Shown here piece by piece: positions 39,761-50,503 of a DNA stretch of 64,000 bases (position 1 is its first letter; each line of letters starts with the position of its first letter). The notes beneath the pieces are model-generated. The model had not been told where the DNA came from, searched no databases, and worked only from the letters and a program-made list of their open reading frames with translations. The stretch comes from Acidimicrobiales bacterium AG-410-I20 (lineage in GTDB: Bacteria; Actinomycetota; Acidimicrobiia; Acidimicrobiales; MedAcidi-G1): NCBI GenBank assembly GCA_949538625.1, contig CATISD010000115.1, positions 7,571 to 71,570 on the forward strand, written 5' to 3'. The translations under genes were made by a program, and so were the position numbers.

Positions 39761-40372
39761 CTAGAGCATGACCCGAAGAGCGTCAGGCTCGATACGAACA
39801 GAAATTTCTTTTGCTTTTACCATCTTCACCTCATCTAACCAGATATCTGTCTTCCTGCTGAAGTTAGTCTGCTCTGATTTCACACGCCGATAACTTATAT
39901 CAGGATGTGGTACATGAGCTCCCGCCCGCATTCGCGACTTTGCTTTCAGTCGATTGGAGAAATTCAGGTTTGATTCAAGTACATCCAACAAACCGTCACC
40001 AGGATGGGCACGAGGAGCGATATTCCAGTTCTTACGGTGCGCTACATTCGCGGCTACCCACGAGCGGCCTAGCCAGTACGGCGATCTAGCAATCAAGTGT
40101 GAAGCAAACCAATAGATATGACCATCTAGCAAAGCAGAACCAATGTCTACCGTGAATAGTTGTGCTTCCCCGCTACTTAACCTGTTATTTTGACTGGTTC
40201 CTCCTAAGGTACGCCATAAATCTCCCCCAGTAAGACCTATGACAGGAATCGTTTCATTAGAACGCCTGTATTTTTCTAAAATGTTCCACAAGTCCTGATT
40301 GCTGTTCGCTACGACTAGGCCTTCCGGTTCTGAATCTCTACTCCCCCAATCTTTCCCTGGAGTTATTCCCAT
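39761..40372 (-). CDS. Diacylglycerol-kinase-like protein (mainly accessory domain)
   Basis: GGDLWRTLG, APRAHPGDGLLDV, GAHVPHP and IEPDAL resemble the DAGK/YegS C-terminal region. Confidence 0.6.
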   Translation of the reverse strand: MGITPGKDWGSRDSEPEGLVVANSNQDLWNILEKYRRSNETIPVIGLTGGDLWRTLGGTSQNNRLSSGEAQLFTVDIGSALLDGHIYWFASHLIARSPYWLGRSWVAANVAHRKNWNIAPRAHPGDGLLDVLESNLNFSNRLKAKSRMRAGAHVPHPDISYRRVKSEQTNFSRKTDIWLDEVKMVKAKEISVRIEPDALRVML

Positions 40373-40374
40373 TT

Positions 40375-42822
40375 TTAAACCTCAATACCTTCTGATTCGT
40401 CAGAGAACGAAGTTGTAACAACCACTACTCCCCGTTCAAGCACTTCTATAGCTCGAGAAACCACTTTCTTAAGTTCAGTATGGCTTACAGATCTAAGTTG
40501 ACGAAGTAAATCAATAACCAAGCGGACATTTCTAACAAATTCACCGCCACTAGTAGTCGAATTTAATACGTCACTGAAATTCTGCCCTGAGGCCCAAGCA
40601 TAGATTTTTCCTGCATAACGCGAATCTAAGGTCGCTGTAGATTCCACTCCAAACTTTTTTTCGAGTAGTGCTATATCACTAGAGATTGATTCGATCTCGC
40701 GAATCTTCTTCTGAACTATTTCGTTATTAAGCGGTTCAGCATCCTCAGAATTGCCCCGATGACTATAAACAAAGATCGATAATAAAGCCGCCAACTCTGG
40801 AGGCGTGAGATCATCAAAGCATCCCTCGTTCAGGGCTTCTACCACTACAAGATCACATTCGCTATAAATCTTTGTCAAATTCTGACCGTACTCTGTTAAC
40901 GACCAGTTATTTGCAAGATTTCTCGCCTCGAGCACCTGAGCCGTTGACACTAATTGCCCAACAAGATCAGTTTCTAACTTCTCTAAATCAAGTTGGTGTA
41001 AGCGTCGGGAAAGCTTAGATAGCTCTTTATGTAGTCGGGCGACCTCTTTTACTTCCGCTGAGAAACAACTCTTTAGCTCCTTTGTTATTTCTGCATGAAA
41101 AGAAGCACTACGCAAATCACTGTGATTTAGAAAATCAACACCTGAAACAGACAACGGTCTTTCAAGCATCCCCTCACTTACGAAGCGCTTATGCTGACCT
41201 TTCTGATTGATGGTCTTTATTCGTCTTCGCCCTCCGCTTCGATCTGCAACTGCTAGCACAGCATGAATTTGGCCGTCTCCGAGTAGTGCAATATCACCCG
41301 GCTTTAATCTATTAACTGAATACCAACTGAACGCCCTATCTGCTCCTAGATTCAATTTGGTTCTGATCCCGTCAATCTGGGATGAAATGTCTTCAAAGCC
41401 ACTTTGCCAACTGTTTTTCGATTGATCTAATTGAAACTGCCCGAATGAACGCCTGAGAAGATCTTCAGATTCTGAACGAGATCGTGTATTCATCAAATTA
41501 GCAACCATATTGTAAGTGGGACGAAAAGCTGATTGCAGATAGAAAGTTTTATTTAGAGCAAGTTCTGCAACCTCTTTGAAGTGAACAAACGGTGACCACA
41601 AAACCACCCCGTGCCCTTCTTTGTCTAAACCACGACGACCAGCTCTGCCGGTGATTTGAGTAAATTGACTCGGAGTCAAAAGTTCATGTGTGTGACCATT
41701 AAATTTAGTCATTTTGTCAATAACTACTGACCGAGCAGGAAGATTTACCCCAAGGGCGAGAGTTTCGGTTGCGTAAACAACCTTCAACAGTCCCCTCCTA
41801 AAAAGCTCTTCCGTTATTTCTTTGAACCGTGGGATCAATCCAGCATGATGTGAGGCGACTCCTCGTCGGAGACCCTCTCTCCAATGCTCAACACCTAAAA
41901 CCTCTAAGTCGCTGTCATCGCTTGACTCTAAATACTCATCAAGAAGATCATCAACTGCTCCTTGTTCCGCTTGATTGTTTAGCGAGATTCCTGACTTAAG
42001 GATGCGATCCCGCGCCTCGTCACATCCAGCTCTACTAAAAACAAAATGAATACACGGCAACAAGTTCTGTTTCTGTAGAGATTGAAGTACTTCGATATAC
42101 CTTGGTGAAGCGAACCGTCTATATATTTTCTTTCTTTTCTCTTTTTGGCCTCCATATGAGAACTTTCTCCCATCAGGGTTTACTTCGCTCCCCAGTAAAA
42201 GAGGAATCGCCTCTAATTGACGCTTCTGCTTCATACGATTCGTGGCAAAATACTGGAGCTTAAGTGGAACAGGTCGTTCCTGATGAACAACAACTTGAGT
42301 TACCCCACGAACATTCGTCAACCATTCACCAAGTTGCTCTACGTTAGAGATAGTTGCAGACAGCGCCACTATCTGAACTTCCTTTGAAAGGCTAAGGATT
42401 ACTTCTTCCCAAACAGCACCTCGATAAGGGTCTTCCAAATAATGCACTTCATCAAGAATGACCCAAGCAAGTTTGTCTACCGAAGTTGATCCAGAATAGA
42501 GCATGTTCCGAAGAATTTCGGTTGTCATCACAAGTATTGGTGCATTTGAATTAACCGTTACATCTCCAGTCAGAATTCCTACATTCTGAATCCCGAAGCG
42601 CTCCCTAAACTCAAGAAATTTTTGATTAGACAGGGCCTTTATTGGAGCGGTATAAAAAGCGCGCTTTTCCTGCTTTAATGCTTGATCAATTGCATGTTCG
42701 GCTAGAACTGTTTTTCCACTAGAAGTAGGGGCCGCTACTAAAACTGAACAACCCTCATCGATAGCAGAAATAGCTTCTAGTTGAAACTGATCTAAGGTAA
42801 ATGGCCAACTATTTTCATTCAC
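40375..42822 (-). CDS. helY: Ski2-like DEAD/DEAH RNA helicase
   Basis: APTSSGKT, PIKALSNQK, DEVH, SAT, QITGRAGRRG and a DSHCT-like C-terminus. Start may be 42855. Confidence 0.9.
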   Translation of the reverse strand: MNENSWPFTLDQFQLEAISAIDEGCSVLVAAPTSSGKTVLAEHAIDQALKQEKRAFYTAPIKALSNQKFLEFRERFGIQNVGILTGDVTVNSNAPILVMTTEILRNMLYSGSTSVDKLAWVILDEVHYLEDPYRGAVWEEVILSLSKEVQIVALSATISNVEQLGEWLTNVRGVTQVVVHQERPVPLKLQYFATNRMKQKRQLEAIPLLLGSEVNPDGRKFSYGGQKEKRKKIYRRFASPRYIEVLQSLQKQNLLPCIHFVFSRAGCDEARDRILKSGISLNNQAEQGAVDDLLDEYLESSDDSDLEVLGVEHWREGLRRGVASHHAGLIPRFKEITEELFRRGLLKVVYATETLALGVNLPARSVVIDKMTKFNGHTHELLTPSQFTQITGRAGRRGLDKEGHGVVLWSPFVHFKEVAELALNKTFYLQSAFRPTYNMVANLMNTRSRSESEDLLRRSFGQFQLDQSKNSWQSGFEDISSQIDGIRTKLNLGADRAFSWYSVNRLKPGDIALLGDGQIHAVLAVADRSGGRRRIKTINQKGQHKRFVSEGMLERPLSVSGVDFLNHSDLRSASFHAEITKELKSCFSAEVKEVARLHKELSKLSRRLHQLDLEKLETDLVGQLVSTAQVLEARNLANNWSLTEYGQNLTKIYSECDLVVVEALNEGCFDDLTPPELAALLSIFVYSHRGNSEDAEPLNNEIVQKKIREIESISSDIALLEKKFGVESTATLDSRYAGKIYAWASGQNFSDVLNSTTSGGEFVRNVRLVIDLLRQLRSVSHTELKKVVSRAIEVLERGVVVVTTSFSDESEGIEV

Positions 42823-43588
42823 TGGATGAATCGACTCGTCTACGTCTTCGTTCAATCAAGCGCCCAAAAAGAATGGCCAGTTCATAGAAGAGCATCATTG
42901 GAACTGAGAGAATCACAAGAGTCAATGGATCACCACTTGGAGTCAATATCGCAACTAACGCCACAATTCCTACTACTGCATAACGTCTACCGCGCCTCAA
43001 GGTTTGATGAGCCACAATTCCCGCTAATTGAAGCATGACTAATACAAGCGGGAATTCAAATCCAATCCCAAAAGCCACGATCATTTTTACTATAAATCCA
43101 AGATATTTTGTGGGTGAGAAAACACTCACTAGGTCTGGACCACCGATCGAGACTAAGAAATCTAATGCTCGCGGAATACTCCAATATGCAAGGCCGGCGC
43201 CTATCACGAATAACAGAACTCCAAAAAGTACAATTGGTATCACCCATCTTCGCTCTTTTGGATACAGGCCGGGAGATACAAATCGCCAAATTTGCCAAAG
43301 GATTATTGGTATAGCTAGAACCAACCCCCCATATCCCGCTACCATCATGCGGACGCTGAATGGTTCTAAAGGATCAGTAACTAAAAGGTCGCAGTTCGCT
43401 CCAAATAATGAATTCTCCGCAGACGACCCTTCGCGTATCTCACAGTATGGCCGGAGAAGTTCATCCAAAATTTGTGGATAAAAGATCCAGCAGATAATAG
43501 CCCCGACAAACACAGCAATCGCCATGAACAACAAACGTTTGCGAAGTTCTTGAAGATGGGCCAAGAGAGGCATCCGGTCTTTGTTCAT
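42815..43588 (-). CDS. tatC: Twin-arginine translocase TatC
   Basis: HLQELRKRL, FVSPGLYPKE, FEFP and TPSGDP. Confidence 0.95.
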   Translation of the reverse strand: MNKDRMPLLAHLQELRKRLLFMAIAVFVGAIICWIFYPQILDELLRPYCEIREGSSAENSLFGANCDLLVTDPLEPFSVRMMVAGYGGLVLAIPIILWQIWRFVSPGLYPKERRWVIPIVLFGVLLFVIGAGLAYWSIPRALDFLVSIGGPDLVSVFSPTKYLGFIVKMIVAFGIGFEFPLVLVMLQLAGIVAHQTLRRGRRYAVVGIVALVAILTPSGDPLTLVILSVPMMLFYELAILFGRLIERRRRRVDSSSE

Positions 43589-43899
43589 GAATCTTGGCTT
43601 TCATCTTCCGTTGAGTTTGCTTCAATTGGCGAAGATTCTGTAATTTGCTTTTCCCCATCTTGCTCTCTTGAGTCTTTCTCCTTAGCCAACATCTCTCTGC
43701 CCTTTTGACGAGCAGTTTCTTCAATCAGCGGATCCTCTACAGCTGCTTCTAGTTCTGCTTGGAAGTTACGAGAAGTTTGTCGTATCTGTTTCAAAGCTTT
43801 TCCAAGGTTCTTGCTTGCCTCTGGGAGTCGCGTTGGACCTAGAACAATTAGTCCAATGATTAGTATTACGAGAATTTCTCCGCCACCTAGATTGCCCAT
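43585..43899 (-). CDS. tatB: Twin-arginine translocase TatA/B subunit (TatB-like)
   Basis: Single TM followed by GPTRLP hinge and an amphipathic helix. Confidence 0.75.
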   Translation of the reverse strand: MGNLGGGEILVILIIGLIVLGPTRLPEASKNLGKALKQIRQTSRNFQAELEAAVEDPLIEETARQKGREMLAKEKDSREQDGEKQITESSPIEANSTEDESQDS

Positions 43900-43958
43900 G
43901 CTCGGATTCTATAGTTATAAATGCTTGTCTTTGAAAGTATTTGCGCCATGATAGTTAG

Positions 43959-44669
43959 ATGCGCCCATTAGAAGAGCAAAAGAAACCCCCTCAAGAAGAT
44001 CCAATTCTCTTTGCTCATCGTGGAGGTTGTGCTGAAGCTCCCGAAAATACTTTAGAAGCATTCTCTCGTTCAGTTTCTCTTGGGGTCACTGGGCTCGAAA
44101 GCGATGTCTGGTTAAGCGTCGATGGTGTCCCGGTTCTTAGTCACGACAACAAGGTTGGTTCTTTCGGGCGGCGGGTCATGATCACCAAAAGTTTGCGATC
44201 TGAAATCCCAGAAAAAGTCCCCTCCCTTAAAGATCTTTATACGAATTTCGGAAATGATCTAAATATTTCGTTAGATATAAAAGACCCTAATTCGATTGAA
44301 GCAACGGTTGCTGTTGCGATGAGTCATGACGCTGTTCATAAACTTTGGGTTTGCCACCCAGACTTAAATGTCTCTACACCTTGGAGGCAGATTAATCCCA
44401 AGCTCAAATTGGTTGATTCTCCCGGGAAGAAGGGATTCCCAGAAGGTGGAGAGAGGCGTGCATTCTTCCTTTCTGATAATGGTTTTAACGCAATCAATCT
44501 TCCTGAATCTCTTTGGACCGCTGGTTATGTGGAGTTATTTCATAAGTATCAACTGAAGTGTTTTGCTTGGGATGCTCAGCTTCCACGGCAGATTAACCGC
44601 CTCATAAAAATCGGGATTGATGGCATCTACAGTGACCACACTGATCGGCTAGTCTCAGCCGTCAATTAA
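43959..44669 (+). CDS. Glycerophosphodiester phosphodiesterase
   Basis: AHRGG, PENTLEAF, ESDV, SHD and GIDGIYSD. Confidence 0.92.
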   Translation: MRPLEEQKKPPQEDPILFAHRGGCAEAPENTLEAFSRSVSLGVTGLESDVWLSVDGVPVLSHDNKVGSFGRRVMITKSLRSEIPEKVPSLKDLYTNFGNDLNISLDIKDPNSIEATVAVAMSHDAVHKLWVCHPDLNVSTPWRQINPKLKLVDSPGKKGFPEGGERRAFFLSDNGFNAINLPESLWTAGYVELFHKYQLKCFAWDAQLPRQINRLIKIGIDGIYSDHTDRLVSAVN

Positions 44670-44678
44670 CCAAAGGTT

Positions 44679-45488
44679 CTAGAGACGCTTAAAGTCTCCT
44701 AATGGCCACACTCGAACAAAAGCACGACCAACAATGCTTTCTACTGGTACAGGCCCAAAAATTCTGCTGTCTCTGGAATTCCAACGATTATCCCCCATTA
44801 CAAAGACATGGTCATCGGGGACTACACATACATTTAATGTCTCCAGCGACCCTATACAGCCCGTTGGAGTGCTGAAATCTCCTGTTGTTTCAGAATCTGC
44901 TAAATAGGGTTCGATCATAAGATTTCCGTCTATATAAACTTTTCCGTCTTGAACTTGAAGCGTTTCCCCTGGAAGTGCGACCACGCGTTTAATTAGGTCA
45001 GATACTTCTCCATTTGATTGCGAGGGGTTGTCGAACACAACCGTATCTCCACGGTTCACATCGTGAAGTTTGTAACTCAATTTATTCACAATCACTCGAT
45101 CCCCTACCTCAAGAGAGGGATCCATGGAGGGAGATGGGATGTAATAGGCTTGAAATAAGAATGCTTTTATAACAAAGGCGACTACGAATGCTGTCCCAAT
45201 CACTGCCACCCATTCAAGGATTTTTCGTAAATTTGATCGAAATGGACTAGGCAATCCTAGGTCGAACTCGTCTTCATCTAGATCCGATTTTAATTGAGTT
45301 AAATGGGTTTCTTGACTGCTGGCGGTTTGATTTACGTCTGTAGATGCAATCGGGGGTAATTCTGCATCTGCGGTGATTTGTTCAGAGTCGTCCGCTCTTT
45401 CGCGCGCTCGTTCCAATATCTCATCAGACCACTCGGAAGTTGTTTCGTCAGAAGAAGATCCTTCTTCTTCATTCTTATCATTGCCCAC
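44679..45488 (-). CDS. lepB: Signal peptidase I
   Basis: IPSPSMDPSL (Ser), LIKRVV (Lys) and GDNRWNSRDSR; acidic N-terminal extension. Confidence 0.95.
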   Translation of the reverse strand: MGNDKNEEEGSSSDETTSEWSDEILERARERADDSEQITADAELPPIASTDVNQTASSQETHLTQLKSDLDEDEFDLGLPSPFRSNLRKILEWVAVIGTAFVVAFVIKAFLFQAYYIPSPSMDPSLEVGDRVIVNKLSYKLHDVNRGDTVVFDNPSQSNGEVSDLIKRVVALPGETLQVQDGKVYIDGNLMIEPYLADSETTGDFSTPTGCIGSLETLNVCVVPDDHVFVMGDNRWNSRDSRIFGPVPVESIVGRAFVRVWPLGDFKRL

Positions 45489-45516
45489 AAAGAGAACTTA
45501 CTCTTATTTCACACAA

Positions 45517-46494
45517 TTAAGGTGTCGCCCTTGAATAAGCGTTAAGAATTAATTTCGCTGCTTCTTCTCTAAATGACTCGCCAAGTTCTTCTGGGGCTTC
45601 AAGAATTTCAGTTCTTGGGCCGAGGCGAAGAAAGAGGCGAGCTAGCCATCCGGGAGAAGCGATTGGGAGTTTCACCTTCCAAGAACTCTCATTGACTTGT
45701 TTTGCTTCTATATTTGGGTACTCTTCGACCACCCATTTGTCTTCAGGAGGCAACAACAAAGTCACTGTAGGTAAATCTTCTTCTTTGATTGGAAAGACCT
45801 CATTGATTTCACCTGTTTGTCTTTTTGCTGCATCATTAATCGTGAAAGTTGTTTCTGTTTCCACCACTTCACCTACCCGATCTAATCGGAATATCCTTTG
45901 TGCGTCCACTTGGTGACAATAGGCATCGGCATACCAATGACCTTTGTCTGCGAAAAGTCTGACAACATCAATTTCTCTTTTGGTTTCCTCTTTGCGCCCG
46001 TAGGAAAAATATTTAATACGCAGCCTTTTGCTTTCACGTGACGCTGCTTTGAAGATGTCTAGTGTTTCTCTGTCTGCGGATCCCAGATTTATCTCTATTG
46101 CGTCTTTTGCTTCATTTCCGGAAGATGCAATTAATTTCATCAGTCCTTTCTCGAGTGAGCCTAATTCGTCGGTATCTAAGTACTCTGCAACGGACTTTCC
46201 TGCAACTATTAGTTGGAGTAGTTCTTCTGCTGAAAGACGAAGAGACTTCCTGAACCAATCTGCATAGGAAATTTCAACAAAGCCATCGTGAATATGAACA
46301 TCGACTAAGCAGTCGGGTGTGAACGGGTGGATTCCCACCATAAATAGCACCCCTTCTAAATCAGCCAGTAGTTGTTCCGCTGGGTAGTCAAAATTTCTTG
46401 ATATGTCCTCAAGTGGAGCTCCGCCTCTATCTACCACCCACGGGATAACTGCTAAGAGACGTCTAAGTCGATCGGTAGCATTCAGAGAATTCAT
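45517..46494 (-). CDS. pafC: WYL-domain transcriptional regulator PafC
   Basis: RLRRLLAVIPW, HWYADAYC and RIFRLDR; follows pafB. Confidence 0.88.
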   Translation of the reverse strand: MNSLNATDRLRRLLAVIPWVVDRGGAPLEDISRNFDYPAEQLLADLEGVLFMVGIHPFTPDCLVDVHIHDGFVEISYADWFRKSLRLSAEELLQLIVAGKSVAEYLDTDELGSLEKGLMKLIASSGNEAKDAIEINLGSADRETLDIFKAASRESKRLRIKYFSYGRKEETKREIDVVRLFADKGHWYADAYCHQVDAQRIFRLDRVGEVVETETTFTINDAAKRQTGEINEVFPIKEEDLPTVTLLLPPEDKWVVEEYPNIEAKQVNESSWKVKLPIASPGWLARLFLRLGPRTEILEAPEELGESFREEAAKLILNAYSRATP

Positions 46495-47393
46495 AGCAGG
46501 CTCTTAAGCCATATTTGCATACTATCTCGCATCTCTTTGGGAGTTATGATCTCTGCTCCGTCAAGGAAAGTTAAAGCGAAAGACCTAAAAGCCTTCCAGT
46601 CGCAAACGGCTTCTTGGATAATAACTGAGCCATCATCATTTACTTTCTGAACAGATTCCTCTCCTAAGTAATTGATTATCCACGGTGCCTGTGAAGGTTC
46701 AACTTGCATCGTCACCGTTCTCGCTGGTTCCTCTCCGTATCGCCAAGGAAACTCACTCAATTCAAGTTTTGTTTTTTCGGGTGGCTTAAAAGAATTCTTC
46801 TCACCTAAGTGGATTTTTCCTTTTATTCGACTCAGTCTGAAATTTCTATTTTCTTCACGATTCATGTCATATCCACTCAGATACCAGCGGCCGCGTTTGA
46901 AGGTGACCCGATGTGGCTGCACCTCTCTGCCTTCTTCGTTGTAAGTGAAATTTACTGTTTGTCTCTGAGTTGCTGCACCAAGCAGCACGCTCAGAGTTGG
47001 GTCTAAGGGGATCTCCGCTAGTGGCTGCACATCCCCTTCTGAATTAATGTGAGAGCCCAACTTCCAGAAAGGATTATCTTTTTCAGAAGATTCAAAGCGA
47101 ACAAGATTGAAAGCTATATGCAGAGCAGCTAACTCATCTGGCTCTAGGTCAAGGCTCTGCTCTTTAGTCACTCCTGTATCAATGCTGTAACCCTGAGTTA
47201 CTTCATCAAATAAAACGGGTATACCAATCTTTTTCAGTTCGTCTTTGTCTCTCTCAAAGGTTCTCCGGAAACTTTCTTTATTATCTGAGTAAGTTCCCTC
47301 TGGGAGTTTTGCCTTGATTTCGTCACGAGTGATCGGACGGGTCGCTTCAACCATCGCCGCTATCAAATTAAGTAGGCGCTCTAATTTAGACAT
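46491..47393 (-). CDS. pafB: WYL-domain transcriptional regulator PafB
   Basis: KLERLLNL, RTFERDKDEL, GRWYL and FRLSRI. Confidence 0.9.
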   Translation of the reverse strand: MSKLERLLNLIAAMVEATRPITRDEIKAKLPEGTYSDNKESFRRTFERDKDELKKIGIPVLFDEVTQGYSIDTGVTKEQSLDLEPDELAALHIAFNLVRFESSEKDNPFWKLGSHINSEGDVQPLAEIPLDPTLSVLLGAATQRQTVNFTYNEEGREVQPHRVTFKRGRWYLSGYDMNREENRNFRLSRIKGKIHLGEKNSFKPPEKTKLELSEFPWRYGEEPARTVTMQVEPSQAPWIINYLGEESVQKVNDDGSVIIQEAVCDWKAFRSFALTFLDGAEIITPKEMRDSMQIWLKSLL

Positions 47394-47412
47394 CTTTATT
47401 CTTTATGATCTT

Positions 47413-48774
47413 TCATAGAGTCTCGATCAACTTCTCAACCCTCTCATCAACGTATTTGAACGGGTCTTTACAAAGGACGCTGCGCTGTTGAGGATGATCA
47501 TTCAATTTTAGATGAACCCAATCAACTGTGTAATCACGATTTTTTTCTCGTGCGTGCTTTATGAATTCGCCTCGCAGGCGTGCACGAGTAGTTTGTGGAG
47601 GTTGTGTGATCGCTTTTTGTATATCATCATCGTTAATCACTCGCTCCATTTGTCCCCGGCTTTCCAACAAATAGAATAAGCTCGTGTCTTTCCGGATTTC
47701 ATGGTATTGAAGGTCAATTAATGCCAGGCGAGGGTCGGCTAATGGCAGATTATGCCTCTCGCGATACCCCTCAATTAAAAGGTATTTAGCCACCCAATCA
47801 CACTCACGACTTAGGGTTAGTGGGTCATCTTCAATGGCGGTCAGGCAATGCTCCCACATCTCTAAAGCAAGTTTCTCTTCAACTGACATCTCGTGATGGT
47901 CCGAGAATCTCACGGCCCTGTCATAAAATTCTCGCTGGATATCCAATGCGCGCATTTCCCTGCCGTTAGCAAGACGGACTGTGCGTTGACAAGTTACATC
48001 ATGACTAATTTCTCTTATGGCGCGTATTGGGTTTTCCAATGTCATATCGCGGAGAATTGTTCCACTTTCCTCAATCATTCGTAGAAGCAGTCCACATGTC
48101 GCTACTTTCAAAAAGCTTGCATATTCGCTCATATTTGAATCCCCTACTATGACGTGAAGCCGTCGGTAGAGGTTCGCATCTGAATGTGGTTCGTCACGAG
48201 AGTTTATTATTGGCCGTGATCGTGTAGTTGCGCTAGAAAAGTCTTCCCAAACATGGTCCGCTCGTTGACTAATGCAATACATAGCTCCACGTGCCGTTTG
48301 GAGAACTTTTCCGGCACCAGACCATATTTGCCGACTCACCAAATATGGAATCAATGTTTCACCTATCATCGAGGTGTCGTCGTCCCTTACTGTTAAGTAA
48401 TTCTCGTGACTGCCGTATGAATTACCTGCAGAATCTGTGTTGTTTTTGTAGATGTGGATCTCACCTTCTATTCCCTCCTCTTGGAGTCTTTCTTGCGCCC
48501 CTACCATGAGTTCTTCAACTATGCGCTCCCCAGCCTTTTCATGAGTAATTACTTCAGAAACAGAATCACATTCAGGGGTCGCATATTCGGGATGAGATCC
48601 AACGTCTAGATAAAGTCGCGCTCCATTAGGTAGAAAGACATTAGAACTTCTTCCCCAATTTTGGATTCTTCTGAAGAGATACCTTGCAACTTCATCTGGG
48701 CTTAATCGACGTTGCCCGCCCTGAGTGCAAGTAACACCGAATTCTGTCTCAATGCCGTAGATTCGGCGATCCAC
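47413..48774 (-). CDS. pafA: Pup-protein ligase
   Basis: [37 protein letters not shown] and YTVDWVHLK. Confidence 0.96.
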   Translation of the reverse strand: MDRRIYGIETEFGVTCTQGGQRRLSPDEVARYLFRRIQNWGRSSNVFLPNGARLYLDVGSHPEYATPECDSVSEVITHEKAGERIVEELMVGAQERLQEEGIEGEIHIYKNNTDSAGNSYGSHENYLTVRDDDTSMIGETLIPYLVSRQIWSGAGKVLQTARGAMYCISQRADHVWEDFSSATTRSRPIINSRDEPHSDANLYRRLHVIVGDSNMSEYASFLKVATCGLLLRMIEESGTILRDMTLENPIRAIREISHDVTCQRTVRLANGREMRALDIQREFYDRAVRFSDHHEMSVEEKLALEMWEHCLTAIEDDPLTLSRECDWVAKYLLIEGYRERHNLPLADPRLALIDLQYHEIRKDTSLFYLLESRGQMERVINDDDIQKAITQPPQTTRARLRGEFIKHAREKNRDYTVDWVHLKLNDHPQQRSVLCKDPFKYVDERVEKLIETL

Positions 48775-48779
48775 GTCAA

Positions 48780-49463
48780 CTAATTTTCGCTTAGAAGATC
48801 GTCGAGCGCTTCACTTTCTATACGGCGAAATGTTCGACGTCCATTGCCACGATTCAGAACTGCCACCTCTAAATCATTTGCCGTTAAGGAACGATCTGGT
48901 CCAGCCAGCGCCTTTACCGCTTGATTTAGAATCACATTTAATGGCTGGTCTGAAGCCCAAGACTCTTCAAGTCGGGCTTTCACTGTCTCGGTCTCCCCAC
49001 CAATAACTACGAAGGTTCCGGTGTCCATTACCGTTCCATCATAAAGTAAATGAAATATCTGATCTTTACCATTTCCTTCATGGATTTCAGCTATTGCTAT
49101 TTCAACTTCTAAAGGTTTCATTTCATGAGTGAAATATTGTCCGAGAGTCTGTGCATATTGATTTGCTAGCCATCGCGCATCAACATCATCTCGGCTAAAT
49201 GAATACCCCTTTAGATCGGCATGACGTACTCCTGCTACACGCAATTGATCAAATTCGTTATATTTGCCTACTCCTATGAAGCCGATACGGTCATATATTT
49301 CACCGATTTTTCGTAGAGTGTTAGAGGGATTTTCTGCACATAATAAAACGCCGTCTGCGTAAACAGAGACTATTGCAGCTCGACCCCGGGTGATTCCTTT
49401 TCGGGCATAATCTGCCCGATCTTTCATTAACTGTTCTGGCGAAACATACATTGGCATGTTCAT
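48780..49463 (-). CDS. prcA: 20S proteasome alpha subunit
   Basis: [25 protein letters not shown] and LEVAVL. Confidence 0.96.
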   Translation of the reverse strand: MNMPMYVSPEQLMKDRADYARKGITRGRAAIVSVYADGVLLCAENPSNTLRKIGEIYDRIGFIGVGKYNEFDQLRVAGVRHADLKGYSFSRDDVDARWLANQYAQTLGQYFTHEMKPLEVEIAIAEIHEGNGKDQIFHLLYDGTVMDTGTFVVIGGETETVKARLEESWASDQPLNVILNQAVKALAGPDRSLTANDLEVAVLNRGNGRRTFRRIESEALDDLLSEN

Positions 49464-50251
49464 GACTGTCCACCAGTAACTTCTTCAATTAGGACGTTGG
49501 TTCGGCTCTCTAACTCTTCGTCCTCAATACGAGTGAAACCATTTGAATCAATTACTGCAACTACGGGGTATATGCCACGTATCGGATCAGGTCCACCAGT
49601 AGCGCTATCTTCGTCTGCTGCATGAAACAATGCCTCTATTGCAAGATCTATGCCTTCGCTAGATGACAACTTCCCGTTGTGTCTGAGTTTTAGAACTGTA
49701 CTTGCATGGAGGCTGCCAGATCCAGATGCCGCAAAATCTCTTTCTTCATAGCGGCCACCAGTAATGTCAAACTCAAAAAGTCTTCCTTTTTTGAGTTTTT
49801 CATCAAAGCCAGCGAAAATGGGCACGACACCTAAACCTTGTAGTGCGGCAGGAAGATTATTCCGAAGCATTTGGCTTAGCTGATTCGCTTTTCCTTCCAG
49901 ACTTAGTGGCCTTCCTTCAACTTTCTCGTAATGTTCTATTTGTAATTGAAACAACCGCACCATTTCCATTGCGGGACCTGCTGCTCCGGCAATAGCGACA
50001 CCAGAATGTTCATCAGCTGGAAAAACCTTCTCTATAGTTCGGTGGCTTATCAGGTGCCCAGAAGTGGCCCTTCGGTCACCTGCCATCACTACTCCATCTA
50101 CTGTTTGTATTGCTACGACTGTTGTTCCATGCATAATTTTGGAAGGGTCAATAGCAGAAGTATCCCAATTGGGTAGCCGATTAAGTTCCCCTAGGAGTGC
50201 TAGGAAATCTGGTCCCGGATCGGATTCTGGGGAAAAGCGCGGAAGTGTCAC
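49460..50251 (-). CDS. prcB: 20S proteasome beta subunit
   Basis: Propeptide then HG|TT, AGDRRAT, GSGS and DSATGGPD. Confidence 0.96.
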   Translation of the reverse strand: MTLPRFSPESDPGPDFLALLGELNRLPNWDTSAIDPSKIMHGTTVVAIQTVDGVVMAGDRRATSGHLISHRTIEKVFPADEHSGVAIAGAAGPAMEMVRLFQLQIEHYEKVEGRPLSLEGKANQLSQMLRNNLPAALQGLGVVPIFAGFDEKLKKGRLFEFDITGGRYEERDFAASGSGSLHASTVLKLRHNGKLSSSEGIDLAIEALFHAADEDSATGGPDPIRGIYPVVAVIDSNGFTRIEDEELESRTNVLIEEVTGGQS

Positions 50252-50282
50252 GACTAAGAGGATACCTCTCTAATATGCATTG

Positions 50283-50483
50283 CTACTCCCCGCCTTTCTG
50301 AATGTAACTTTTCACGAACTCTTCTGCATTTGCTTCAAGAACTTCATCAATTTCATCTAAGAGATCGTCTAGTTCACTTTTTATATGCTCGCTTTTTTTC
50401 GAAGCCTGGGGCATGCTGCCGGTGTCTTCTAAGGTCTCCGGTTCTTCCGAAGGATTTCTATGTCGCTTTTCTTGTTCTGCCAT
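50283..50483 (-). CDS. pup: Prokaryotic ubiquitin-like protein
   Basis: [27 protein letters not shown]. Confidence 0.97.
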   Translation of the reverse strand: MAEQEKRHRNPSEEPETLEDTGSMPQASKKSEHIKSELDDLLDEIDEVLEANAEEFVKSYIQKGGE

Positions 50484-50503
50484 TTTTTTCCTTTTAAAAG
50501 AAT

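Noticed and set aside
45517-47393. WYL proteins as markers of a defence/CRISPR island
   Set aside because: They are canonical PafB and PafC directly after pafA; no cas genes, arrays or defence genes are in the window.
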